A stretch of DNA of 63,514 nt, filler included, from Octopus bimaculoides (taxonomy: Eukaryota), in assembly GCF_001194135.2 (NCBI RefSeq). It is 6 parts of 5 records of this genome, joined end to end, with 100 filler letters (N's around TTAATTAATTAA, not from the genome) between each part and the next. Parts side by side here need not be neighbours in the genome. Positions count along the whole stretch, not along the records: positions 20,773 to 38,691 come from NC_069004.1; positions 38,792 to 51,445 come from NC_068986.1; 4 more parts are not named here. The stretch is one strand, 5' to 3'. Under the pieces are notes generated by a model. The model did not search any database and was not told where the DNA came from. It was given only the letters and a program-made list of their open reading frames with translations. Below are positions 37,401 through 47,344 of the stretch, piece by piece; positions within the stretch are counted from its first letter, which is position 1, and every line of letters begins with the position of its first letter. Both the position numbers and the translations under genes were made by a program.

Positions 37401-37936
37401 TGTGTGCTTGTGTGTATGTGTGTGTGTGTGAATATATGCATGTGTGTATGAATGTATGCATGCTTGCGTGTATATGTATTTGTGTGTGAATGTGTGTTTG
37501 GATGTATGTGTATTTGTGTGTGTGTGAATGTTTGCTTGCGTGTGAATATATGCATGTCTGCTTGGGTATATATATATATGCATGTGTGTGTATGAATGTA
37601 TGCATGCTTGTGTGTATATTTATTTGCATGTGTGTGTGTGTTTGGATGTATGTGTCTTTGTGTGTGTGAATACATGTTTGCTTGTGTGTGTGCATGTATG
37701 TGTGAATACGTTTACTTGTGTGTGTGTGAATATGTATTTACTTGTGTTTGTGTATATTCATGTGTGTGTGTTTATTAACATAGTCATCTAATATATCTGT
37801 TGTGCATGTTTCAGGAAGGTGATGCTGAAATTGCTGCCAAAATGCAAGACTTGGCTCTTGGAGAAGGTGCTTTACCCAAACATCTCCACACAGCCATGTT
37901 TACACAAAGTGCCGATAGTCGCATGCTGACTAACAG
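22342..37936 (+). CDS. DNAJC13: DnaJ homolog subfamily C member 13 (RME-8), partial gene model: 18 coding exons, 1898 nt, N-terminal 632 codons
   Basis: Manual splicing of 18 GT-AG exons gives one open frame, [39 protein letters not shown]...[23 protein letters not shown]. It is colinear with the RME-8/DNAJC13 N-terminus as I recall it ([66 protein letters not shown]). No 3' exons found. Confidence 0.97.
22880..23100 (+). mobile_element. SINE family 1, CpG-decayed intronic copy
   Basis: gagctggcaaaac...gagttcaaatcc...catccttttggggttgatagaataagtaccag...ggccttg. Confidence 0.8.
23168..23243 (+). CDS. DNAJC13: DNAJC13 coding exon 2 ([26 protein letters not shown])
   Basis: ttttacag acceptor, gtaaga donor, phase 2 to 0. 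Confidence 0.96.
23248..23480 (+). repeat. 117-bp tandem duplication at the start of the intron after coding exon 2
   Basis: Two near-identical units starting at 23248 and 23365. Confidence 0.9.
24198..24347 (+). CDS. DNAJC13: DNAJC13 coding exon 3 ([11 protein letters not shown]...[15 protein letters not shown])
   Basis: tttccag acceptor, gtaagt donor, 150 nt, phase 0-0. Confidence 0.96.
24918..24959 (+). CDS. DNAJC13: DNAJC13 coding exon 4 ([14 protein letters not shown])
   Basis: ttcccag acceptor, gtaaga donor, 42 nt, phase 0-0. Confidence 0.92.
26023..26169 (+). CDS. DNAJC13: DNAJC13 coding exon 5 ([22 protein letters not shown]...[11 protein letters not shown])
   Basis: ctttcag acceptor, gtgagt donor, 147 nt. 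Confidence 0.96.
26602..26655 (+). CDS. DNAJC13: DNAJC13 coding exon 6 ([18 protein letters not shown])
   Basis: ttattag acceptor, gtaagt donor, 54 nt. Confidence 0.95.
27044..27186 (+). CDS. DNAJC13: DNAJC13 coding exon 7 ([14 protein letters not shown]...FLSHKFGNF)
   Basis: atttcag acceptor, gtgagt donor, phase 0 to 2. Confidence 0.95.
27486..27640 (+). mobile_element. tRNA/CORE-like SINE (family 2) 5' half; another copy at about 27243-27400
   Basis: GGCGCAGGAGTGGCTGTGTGG...GGGTTCAGTCCC...CCTTGGGCAAGTGTC (resembles the CORE motif). Confidence 0.85.
27886..28045 (+). CDS. DNAJC13: DNAJC13 coding exon 8 ([20 protein letters not shown]...[18 protein letters not shown])
   Basis: tttgtcag acceptor, gtaagt donor, phase 2 to 0. 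Confidence 0.97.
28759..28850 (+). CDS. DNAJC13: DNAJC13 coding exon 9 ([30 protein letters not shown])
   Basis: ctttag acceptor, gtaagg donor, phase 0 to 2. Confidence 0.95.
29040..29460 (+). repeat. Degenerate minisatellite (about 25-30-bp unit, CACATGTAGCACATTTGGAGCTGCC)
   Basis: Recurring catgtagcac...ttggagctgccc units. Confidence 0.7.
29751..29848 (+). CDS. DNAJC13: DNAJC13 coding exon 10 ([33 protein letters not shown])
   Basis: ttcacag acceptor, gtaaca donor, phase 2 to 1. Confidence 0.97.
30165..30420 (+). repeat. CAACA/AAAATGCACCA minisatellite
   Basis: Repeated acaacacaacacaaaatgcacc..catgc units. Confidence 0.8.
30684..30752 (+). CDS. DNAJC13: DNAJC13 coding exon 11 ([23 protein letters not shown])
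   Basis: ttcccag acceptor, gtaagt donor, phase 1-1. Confidence 0.96.
30828..31230 (-). mobile_element. SINE-like element with (GAT)n tail and an internal 115-bp tandem repeat; CpG-rich, apparently young
   Basis: atcatcgtccgctttccatgctagcatgggttggacg... followed by two copies of acgaagg...gccacgctcaaaatggtg...gaaaatcct; decayed relatives at about 19160, 22690, 23930, 25100, 36930. Confidence 0.8.
31298..31561. mobile_element. Foldback MITE-like element with about 110-bp inverted arms
   Basis: aacatggcagtcctggtttaggac...ccagctggctatac...tgtg matched by cac...gtatagccagctgg...ctaaaccaggactgccatgtt. Confidence 0.85.
31914..31996 (+). CDS. DNAJC13: DNAJC13 coding exon 12 ([28 protein letters not shown])
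   Basis: ttttaag acceptor, gtcagt donor, phase 1 to 0. Confidence 0.93.
32571..32743 (+). CDS. DNAJC13: DNAJC13 coding exon 13 ([15 protein letters not shown]...[18 protein letters not shown])
   Basis: cctccag acceptor, gtaaga donor, phase 0 to 2. Confidence 0.97.
33172..33726 (-). mobile_element. 555-bp non-coding interspersed element flanked by (TTA)n on both sides
   Basis: (TTA)n at 33157-33171 and 33727-33742; partial second copy at 51546-51787 in the opposite orientation. Orientation is inferred. Confidence 0.75.
33943..34042 (+). CDS. DNAJC13: DNAJC13 coding exon 14 ([34 protein letters not shown])
   Basis: tttccag acceptor, gtaaac donor, phase 2 to 0. Confidence 0.96.
36099..36206 (+). 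CDS. DNAJC13: DNAJC13 coding exon 15 ([15 protein letters not shown]...LLEMFNYHV)
   Basis: attccag acceptor, gtgagt donor, 108 nt. Confidence 0.96.
36442..36597 (+). CDS. DNAJC13: DNAJC13 coding exon 16 ([30 protein letters not shown]...VFKLFQ)
   Basis: tctccag acceptor, gtttgt donor, 156 nt. Confidence 0.96.
36744..36800 (+). CDS. DNAJC13: DNAJC13 coding exon 17 ([19 protein letters not shown])
   Basis: tttacag acceptor, gtcagt donor, 57 nt. Confidence 0.96.
37262..37790. repeat. Compound (TG/TA)n cryptic microsatellite; similar tracts at 18404-18935, 38330-38690, 39540-39790, 40150-40890, and (GA/GATA)n at 58140-58470
   Basis: Direct reading. Confidence 0.95.
37815..37936 (+). CDS. DNAJC13: DNAJC13 coding exon 18 ([40 protein letters not shown])
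   Basis: gtttcag acceptor, gtgagt donor, phase 0 to 2; last exon found. Confidence 0.96.
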
Positions 37937-38406
37937 GTGAGTGGAACATTCTACTTTCCCCTTCGCTCTCGGAGAGGTTAGCCATCAACGTTGTGTAGCT
38001 TCACATCAACCCAGATTAATCAGAGGCATTCCACATGTTACCACCCCTGCTTTTTCATATAGTTCTCCATCAGCTAATGCATCCTTTCCTTTTCCAAGAA
38101 GATTGGGTGTGATTTGAGGGAGAATTGGCTGCTATGGGAATTTCAGCAGGTTGAGTCTGCAGTCACTGCTGCTGCTGTTCTTGTTGCTCTGACTTGTGTG
38201 TGTGTGTGTGTGTGATCTCTGTTGTTTGGTCTGAGGTGTGTGGTATAAAGTATATTGTGGTGGTAGTGGTCTGTTGAACTCTGAACCCTGTACAGTATGA
38301 CCTGTGTTTGTGTAGTGCACCCTGTATGATGTTTAGTGTGTATACATTGGTTGGTGTGTATATATTGTGATCTGTATGTATATTATGGTCTGTGTATTAT
38401 AGTCTT

Positions 38407-38466
<60 letters not shown>

Positions 38467-38655
38467 TCTGTTGTGTGTGTATGTTGTGATCAGTGTGTGT
38501 GCATTGTATCCTCTGTATATTATAGTCTGTGTGTGAATATATTGTGATTTGTGTGTACGTGTGTGTGTGTATATATAGTTGAGTGTGTATGTTATGATCT
38601 GTTTTCTGGGTGCATGTTGTGATCTGTATACACACATATATATATATTTATTATA

Positions 38656-38691
<36 letters not shown>

Positions 38692-38735
38692 NNNNNNNNN
38701 NNNNNNNNNNNNNNNNNNNNNNNNNNNNNNNNNNN

Positions 38736-38747
38736 TTAATTAATTAA
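38736..38747. other. Assembly spacer TTAATTAATTAA between N runs (also 15171-15182, 20717-20728, 51490-51501, 59997-60008)
   Basis: Identical 12-mer with stops in all six frames, centred in a roughly 100-nt N block, five times. Confidence 0.95.
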
Positions 38748-38791
38748 NNNNNNNNNNNNNNNNNNNNNNNNNNNNNNNNNNNNNNNNNNNN

Positions 38792-38842
<51 letters not shown>

Positions 38843-39617
38843 CATACACACTCTTGCATATATATACATATATATATATTAATAATTTTGCAGGATCCAA
38901 TTGAATCAAGGTATGTTGATAATAAAAGCATCTAGTTAGGGTCGAGAAAATCATGTGTATGAACAGTATATATGGACACAAGCGTATATATTAATGTATA
39001 TACAAACTTTTCTTACCACTTATATACACATGCACATGAACAGATCAATATACTCATCGATATAGCTATACATGTATAACTAGAATCACATGCAGACGTA
39101 CTCTAGCATGCAGTTTCTCGGTTCAGTTTAAGTTCTAGATCTGACGCAAGAAAGGTTCCAGGTACAGTGTAAAGTAAGAAAGAACATAAATAGGTTGAGA
39201 TTCATTACAGCTGTTTCAGAGGTGTTTTTCATATTGTTGAATAGATTCATTACCTCATGAAAAAATGAAAGAAATCTTTTTCTTCAAGTGAAAAAAAATT
39301 TATGATGACGAGAGAATGTTTTAACTTTGATTTGTGAAATCGCTCCCGGACTGTCACCGAGATGAAGGAGTCACAAAAAATATATTCGTTATGAACCAAA
39401 TCTTAAATTCTACATTTTGGATTTAAATTGTTATTTACCTGAGGGAAACGGCTTTTCCATGTTGTAATTGATTTTTCTATTAATAAAAAACGCGTCTGAA
39501 ACAATTGTAGTGAACGTCACCCATGTCTGTTCTTATACACACACACATATATGTACATATGTATACACACAGATAGACACATATGTATGAACATATGTTC
39601 ACACACATATATATGTT

Positions 39618-39678
<61 letters not shown>

Positions 39679-40786
39679 GTTGTATATATATAAATATATG
39701 CATATATATATGTGGGTGTGTAATACACATATATATATGTATATTCATTTGTGTGCATGTGTTTATAGGTGTGTGTGTAAGTGTGACAATTACATTTAAC
39801 ATATTCCTGTGCACTCGATCGCGGAAGACAATCACTGCAGAAATTATCACGAGAGAAAAAAATTCTTTATATCCAATATATATGAAAACATACTATCGGA
39901 AGATGAATGATGTCATGGACTGTAGGACGCGAGCGTTTCTGCAGCTGTCCTTACTGGGCGATAAATTATGGATTCAGTGTCTTTATTATAAAATGAACGT
40001 GGTTAGGATATAAGACATGGTTTACATGAAACAGCTGTCAAGGTAATAATAATAATAATGCATACCTTTTTCAAAAGTTTATTATGTAATCTTCCGTAAT
40101 TTTTTATTCCATGCAAAATATACTCATTAATTTTACTTGTGCTTATCTGCTTTTATACACCCCCACACACACTCACACACACACACAACACACACACTCA
40201 CACACACACACAAACACACACACGCACGCTCACACATACAGGAAGACACACACAAACATGTATGTATGTGTGTGTATATATACTCCCTCTATATATATGT
40301 ATATATATGTGTGTATATATATATATATATGTATATATGTATATATATATGTGTGTATGTATTTATATATATATATATATANNNNNNNNNNNNNNNNNNN
40401 NNNNNNNNNNNNNNNNNNNNNNNNNNNNNNNNNNNNNNNNNNNNNNNNNNNNNNNNNNNNNNNNNNNNNNNNNNNNNNNNNNNNNNNNNNNNNNNNNNNN
40501 NNNNNNNNNNNNNNNNNNNNNNNNNNNNNNNNNNNNNNNNNNNNNNNNNNNNNNNNNNNNNNNNNNNNNNNNNNNNNNNNNNNNNNNNNNNNNNNNNNNN
40601 NNNNNNNNNNNNNNNNNNNNNNNNNNNNNNNNNNNNNNNNNNNNNNNNNNNNNNNNNNNNNNNNNNNNNNNNNNNNNNNNNNNNNNNNNNNNNNNNNNNN
40701 NNNNNNNNNNNNNNNNNATATATATATATATTTATATACATATATATATCTATATATATATGTATAGCTATATGTTTAGATATATG

Positions 40787-40820
<34 letters not shown>

Positions 40821-42981
40821 TCTATCTATCTATATTTATTTATATATATTTATATGTATATTTATATGTACACGAATGTGTACATATAAATATATAAAAA
40901 ATGTGCTTGAATGTAGTTTCTATGTATTCCTCTGTTTCTGCATAATTTATAAACTTTGGCAATATTAGTTCCAACGTAGTCATTATGCCCTTTTTTTTCT
41001 CTCTCTCTTTCTCTTGTCGTTTTAGCAACGTCTTTAAAAATGGATAACTCTACAGTAGAAATCTTCTGCATTCATGATGCGACTGTTGTTGATGTTTTTG
41101 TTGTCATTTAAGCCTACAGTTTTACAAATTCACGCGATTACAAATGTTTCGACAAAGGGCTGCTTTGGATCAAGAATCTCTAAAAAGAAATGTCATTTTA
41201 AATAACATTTTATTGCTGAATTCGGTACAAATTCTCTCGATATAAATTCCGAGAGATTTTTTTTTTGATGAATGGAAGGGTGGCCGATGACAGAAATGAC
41301 GGTAAATGACAAAATCGGTAAATCACTTGACAAAATCTCACGCAACATTATTAATTTAGTCCTTTGACGTTCTTAGTTCTAATCAAACCGTGGTGGACTT
41401 TTATCCTTTTTGTCATTTCTGGATCCACGAAACATCCATCAGCCCAGTACCATGAATCGATTACAGAATCTTTAAACATTTGTGATAGAAGTCAATAACG
41501 TTAGGCTTTCATATTGCCGTATTTGATGGCACAAGTACGCAAGGGTGTATTAGATGCACCCCAGTTTAAGAAGCCCGTATTCGGATAAAAGTATTTTTAG
41601 TGCATTGAATCACGTAATATCTAAAACAACTTTGCATATAGGACCCAAGATGATATTTTGAGATTTTGTTTTGGAATAAGTGCGTCTCACATATCTTCCG
41701 GTGTGATAACTAACATAATTATCCCTTACATAGGGTGAATTGTTTTTATATACCAAGCAGTGAGAGAAAGAGCTTATTATTATAATTTTGTGGCGAGTAG
41801 ATTTTTTTTACTGTTAAAGAGAGAGAGAGAGAGAAAAAAAAAGAAACGCAGTAAATAGATGTCATTAGGGAGGTAGACACAACTATATTGAAAGTTTAGA
41901 TTAATGGACCAGTTCTGAATTAACCGTGTCTAATACATTAACTGTGTCTTATACACTTAGTGCAATTAATCTTAAAATTAGAAGTGCTATGATTTTATCA
42001 TGTTAGAACTACAATGCTACCATTATCAAATAGTTTGGTAGAATACATAAAACTTTCTACTCTGCTCACGGATTCATCAGTCGTGCAACGAAGTATTCTT
42101 CGATTGTTTATTAACCGACTTTTTTTCATTGTTTCTATCATTTTTATTTATGAAGTTTCTAATATGGAATATTTGTTGTTTAAGGAAACTGCTTCGCTAT
42201 GCATATTACTATGTTCTTATTCAACGGTGGATTGAATCGGATTACATGTCTCTCTCACTGGCAGAAGGGTTTTTGTTGTTCATACTGGTCGAGTAATTGA
42301 CGTGGCATTGCAAAGTGCCAGGTTTAATTTCTCCTTAGAGATGTGAAAAGTTGCTGCTCGTTGATTTATAGAAATTGTTTAATAATATTAGGTGGGTTGG
42401 TAATCTAATACAATCTATGTTATACCGATGTTACTTTAGGTTATCCGTTGACTTCCAAAAATGCTTTGAAAATGCTGCAGTGTTCCCCAAGTGTCGATGA
42501 CGGAATGAACTGTAGCGCTAGTTCAGGTGAATTTTTAAGTACTTTGTAGCTTATTGGAACTTATGATGGTATATGATGGCAAAGAAAAGTATTATAAGAA
42601 GTGTTAAAATCAAATAGTAAACGGGAGGAGAGAAAAATGAAATGAGAAGAGAACAAAGTGGAAAGAGAAGGAAAGAGGAAAAAGGAACGATAGGCAGAAA
42701 GCGAGAAGGGGGAGATGAAAGACAGAAGGAAAAGAAAGAATGAGAAGAAAAATGAAAGCAGTAAACAAGATGACCGCAGAAAAATATTAAGAACATTAAG
42801 ATGGGTGAAAGATTAGTTTGGCGTTACAATCAAACGGAAAAATTGTGTGAATCAAATCTTTCCTACAATGCGTTCTTGGTTTCCTATGATTATAATTGTA
42901 CTGCTTACGTATGGTGTATTTGTTTTGAACTTGGGTTAACTACTAAGTGAAGTGGATAGTTGCAGGGATTAGAATGTTGAA

Positions 42982-43340
42982 CTAATAGACATAAGACTTC
43001 TCAGTCCTCTTCATGGTCCCAGTGGACAAAGTGGAAAAGACGTTCTGCCGAAGAATGGCGAGTGCGATACGCTGGATCTGCCATTCCGACTCACGGAACT
43101 TGCTATTGCGGATAACTATTTCTTTCCCGATAGCAGTCAACAAGGATTTAGTTCGAGGCCGAAGAACGCCAGAGGTCTCCGCTGTCGCAGGATCGACCAC
43201 AAATCTGTCAAAGAGCAGTCAATACTTTGTCAATTTGCCCTTCCCGGTTTGATGAGCATCAAATCCTGGGCTGGCAGTTGAACATATCAAGGCTTGTCGT
43301 TGGGGAAGGTGTCGCTGCATGTGGTATCTCAGATGAGGAG
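42982..43340 (-). mobile_element. Fragment of CRE-like non-LTR retrotransposon C-terminal restriction-like endonuclease
   Basis: Frameshift-corrected *DTTCSDTF...STASPGFDAHQTGKGKLTKY*LLFDRFVVDPATAETSGVLRPRTKSLL...RESEWQIQRIALAILRQN resembles the WDATCxDT...KYxxL...ETxG...QRISIAIQRGN pattern. Confidence 0.6.
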
Positions 43341-43384
43341 CTTACCACTGTTGACCGAAAAAATTGTCATTCCATTAACTACTT

Positions 43385-43932
43385 CATGTTTTTCTTATTT
43401 CTTTACTGCCCACAAGGGGCTAAACATAGAGGGGACAAAGAAGGATAGACAAACGGATGAAGTCGATTATATCGACCCCAGTGCGTAACTGGTACTTATT
43501 TAATCGACCCCGAATGGATGAAAGGCAAAGTCGACCTCGGCAGAATTTGAACTCAGAANNNNNNNNNNNNNNNNNNNNNNATTAAGTCGATTATATCGAC
43601 CCCAGTGCGTAACTGGTACTTATTTAATCGACCCCGAATGGATGAAAGGCAAAGTCGACCCCGGCAGAATTTGAACTCAGAACGTAAAGACAGACGAAAT
43701 ACCTATTTCTTTACTGCCCACAAGGGGCTATACACAGAGGGGACAAACAAGGACAGACAAACGGATTAAGTCGATTATATCGACCCCAGTGCGTAACTGG
43801 TACTTAATTTATCGACCCCGAAAGGATGAAAGGCAAAGTCGACCTCGGCGGAATTTGAACTCAGACCGTAAAGACAGACGAAATACCGCTAAGCATTTCG
43901 CCCGGCGCGTTAACGTTTCTGCTAGCTCGTCG
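43385..43932 (-). mobile_element. SINE family 1, multiple tandem cores (partly duplicated across an N gap)
   Basis: Repeated tatttctttactgcccacaaggggcta...gtcgacctcggcggaatttgaactcag units, ending gctagctcgtcgcc. Confidence 0.88.
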
Positions 43933-45295
43933 CCTACTACTTCATTTTTTTTCTATCGCTCTCTTCTTTCAGGCGCAAACATCCAGCGATCTATTATCTG
44001 TTCTCTTTTAGCGTTACTTGCCTGGTCTCTCTCTGGTCTCCCTCTGTCTTATGTTTTTACTTCAGTCGAAAGACATTCAATATTTATTACGCTTTATCAC
44101 TTGGTCCTAAGTCCTGTTTGTCTTAGCCGCTGTATAGCAATTTTTCCGTGTTCCTTTTGCTAAGTCGACAAACTTAAATAATCATCAAATTTAACTTTTA
44201 GTAGATTATAATATACTGAATGTCACCTCCCCTTCCTATCGCAATCCCTTTGAAAAGTCCTCTCTTCATAACACAATTTTCTGGTTGTATTTGTGGAAAA
44301 TTTATCAGCAGTAAGAAGCCAGAGATCTAGTTAATAAGATGAACCAAAATAACTACAATCTCAAGCCAGCAGACGACAAGAAGGGATTGGCGTTCATGTT
44401 TGTGCTTTCTTGTCTCGAACTTGTTTTACCTGTTCTTTATGCCTAATTATTCTTATATAATTATATATACGTATGTATGTGTTATGTGCGCATGTGTGTG
44501 CGCGTGTATGCACACATGCATATATGTACATACGCATATACAAATACGTATCAAATAAATTACACACACACAAATAATATAGGTGGCTAATTCGCAATTT
44601 TACAACCTAAAGGCAGAAATAAAAACGCCGCTGAAGTTAGAAAGGGCACTAATCGGCACCTGTATTGCTAGAAATAAGAGTCAAAACAGCTCAATTGCCA
44701 CAGAAAGCACTATTTTAATGACTGACAATGGAGGCAAACATTACCAGATCCTCGATGATTTCGCATTTCAATGCTCATCAGTGGCTCTCATCGCGCCTAG
44801 GGTTAAACTCAGATCGCCTTGTCTGTTTATAAGATTTCCGTTGAAATCATACGCTGATTTCATAAACTGAGAAAGTGAAAATTATAAATAATATGGGTGA
44901 CTTATTCACAATTTTACAACCTAAATGCAGGAATATAGACGTCACTAAAGTGGATAGAGGGTAATAATCAGCACCTGTATTGCTAGAAATAAGAGTCAAA
45001 ACAACTCAATAGCTACGGAAAACACTATTTTAATAACTGACAATTTCTAGCAATGTTGGAGCTTAATAATGCCCGTTGTCACTTTAATGACGTCTCTCTC
45101 TCTCTCTCTCTCTCTCTCTCTNNNNNNNNNNNNNNNNNNNNNNNNNNNNNNNNNNNNNNNNNNNNNNNNNNNNNNNNNNNNNNNNNNNNNNNNNNNNNNN
45201 NNNNNNNNNNNNNNNNNNNNNNNNNNNNNNNNNNNNNNNNNNNNNNNNNNNNNNNNNNNNNNNNNNNNNNNNNNNNNNNNNNNNNNNNNNNNNNN

Positions 45296-45668
45296 NTAGT
45301 CGAACAAATCGACCCCAGGACTTATTCTTTGTAAGCCCAGTACTTATTCTACCGGTCTCTTTGCCGAACCGCTATGTTACGGGGACGTAAACACACCATC
45401 ATCGGTTGTCAAGTGATGGTGGTGGTGGTGGTGGTGCGGGTGGGTGGTGATGGGCAAGCACACAAGAAAATACACACACACACACATATATATATACACA
45501 ACGGGCTTCTTTCAGTTACCGTCTACCAAATCCACTCACATGGTCAACGCAAGGCTATAGTGGAAGACACTTGCCCACGGTGCCACGCTGGGATTGAACC
45601 GGAACCCACCTGGAAGTAGGACTGGATCCAGAACCATGTGGTTGGGAAGCAAGCTCCTTGCCACACAA
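45296..45668 (-). mobile_element. Composite SINE family 2 with internal microsatellite
   Basis: Reverse complement of the 58505-58908 architecture. Confidence 0.8.
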
Positions 45669-47344
45669 CCGGAGGTCTATCTAAACTTTAGATTCTAAAG
45701 ATTGATGTTTATCAAAGTGAAGCGCTCCACACTTGAAGTATAACACAAGTCAACAGATTAAAGAATCTAACCCCATTCGTGAAGGGTTCATTAATGAAAG
45801 GAAGTTTGCTGGTGTGCGGTAATCCACAGATTAAAGACTATCGAGATTTAGAGAGGAACTTTAAGCGTAGCGTAATACAATAAAAGCAAAAAGATTTTAT
45901 TGTGAAATAATATCATACATTTAGTTATGTAAGACGTGTGCAATACTTTACAATATAGTAATCTCCCAAATCATCGGGCAACCACATGCAGCTCAATATG
46001 TGACATGTTGTTAGACTTGCAAGTTTAACTACTTAATGTACATTCAAAATAGGAATATCAAAAGTGGGCGGTAGTGTAATCGGCCAATCAAAATTGTAGG
46101 TAGTTCACTTAGGTTGTCAGAGAATGATTGATATCTAAATTGGGCGTGTCAAGCGAGACGAGTGGTGGATATAAATTATAATTGATTAGAACAAAGAGCA
46201 GTTATATTACCAACGTTATATTATCAACGAGAAAACGTTATAGAATGGGTTGAAAGCATAAATAAATTCTTCGGAGAGAATGCAGACATTTAATTCTTAG
46301 CTCAATATGATACTGGAGTTTTTAAAATTTCTAATAGTTCAGTACAAATACCCATCCATTCCATAGCGTTTTCTCAAACTGCTTTCCTTATATATTTATG
46401 TTATAAAACCTCACAAATTATCATCGGTTTAACTTGAATTTAAGCCGACTTAGCGTATTATTATAGTTCGATCAATATAAAATAGACGGACATAATTTAA
46501 TAATTATATAAAAGTAATAAAATTAATAAAATTTGTCTCAAGCTTCAAATAACATCTCTTTATGCTATTTTCTTCTTTTTTTGGGGATTTTCTTTAATTT
46601 CCAGACATAACTCCATGATATATTTTAGCTATACACTAATTAGCTACAGTGCTTTTAATTAACTCTAGTCTATTCATTTATTTATTGCGTGTTTGAAATA
46701 TAAACGTTCGTACATATTAAATTTAGGAAATTAAGTAAATCCGTAAATCCTATTCTCGTAACCGTATTACACAAATATAATTTAGTACACCGGTTTTTCA
46801 TGATTAGCGCCTGTGGCCTACTCCAGAGCAGTATATATTAACGACGGGGAAGGCCGGTTTATGGGATTATCTTAGGTTTCCCGTCCATAAAGTGTTTAGC
46901 TTTATAGTGTATCATCGGGCCAACAGCTTGTTGGCATCTGACGATACGTTATGAAGCTAAATCCTAAGATATTTCCCCCATTTTTAATATATATNNNNNN
47001 NNNNNNNNNNNNNNNNNNNNNNNNNNNNNNNNNNNNNNNNNNNNNNNNNNNNNNNNNNNNNNNNNNNNNNNNNNNNNNNNNNNNNNNNNNNNNNNNNNNN
47101 NNNNNNNNNNNNNNNNNNNNNNNNNNNNNNNNNNNNNNNNNNNNNNNNNNNNNNNNNNNNNNNNNNNNNNNNNNNNNNNNNNNNNNNNNNNNNNNNNNNN
47201 NNNNNNNNNNNNNNNNNNNNNNNNNNNNNNNNNNNNNNNNNNNNNNNNNNNNNNNNNNNNNNNNNNNNNNNNNNNNNNNNNNNNNNNNNNNNNNNNNNNN
47301 NNNNNNNNNNNNNNNNNNNNNNNNNNNNNNNNNNNNNNNNNNNN

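Noticed and set aside
40026-40045. acagctgtcaagg encodes RQLSR, the expected start of the next DNAJC13 exon; it also resembles gaaacagctgt of the hammerhead motif
   Set aside because: No AG acceptor, TAA follows immediately, and there is no CUGAUGA-like core upstream; chance match
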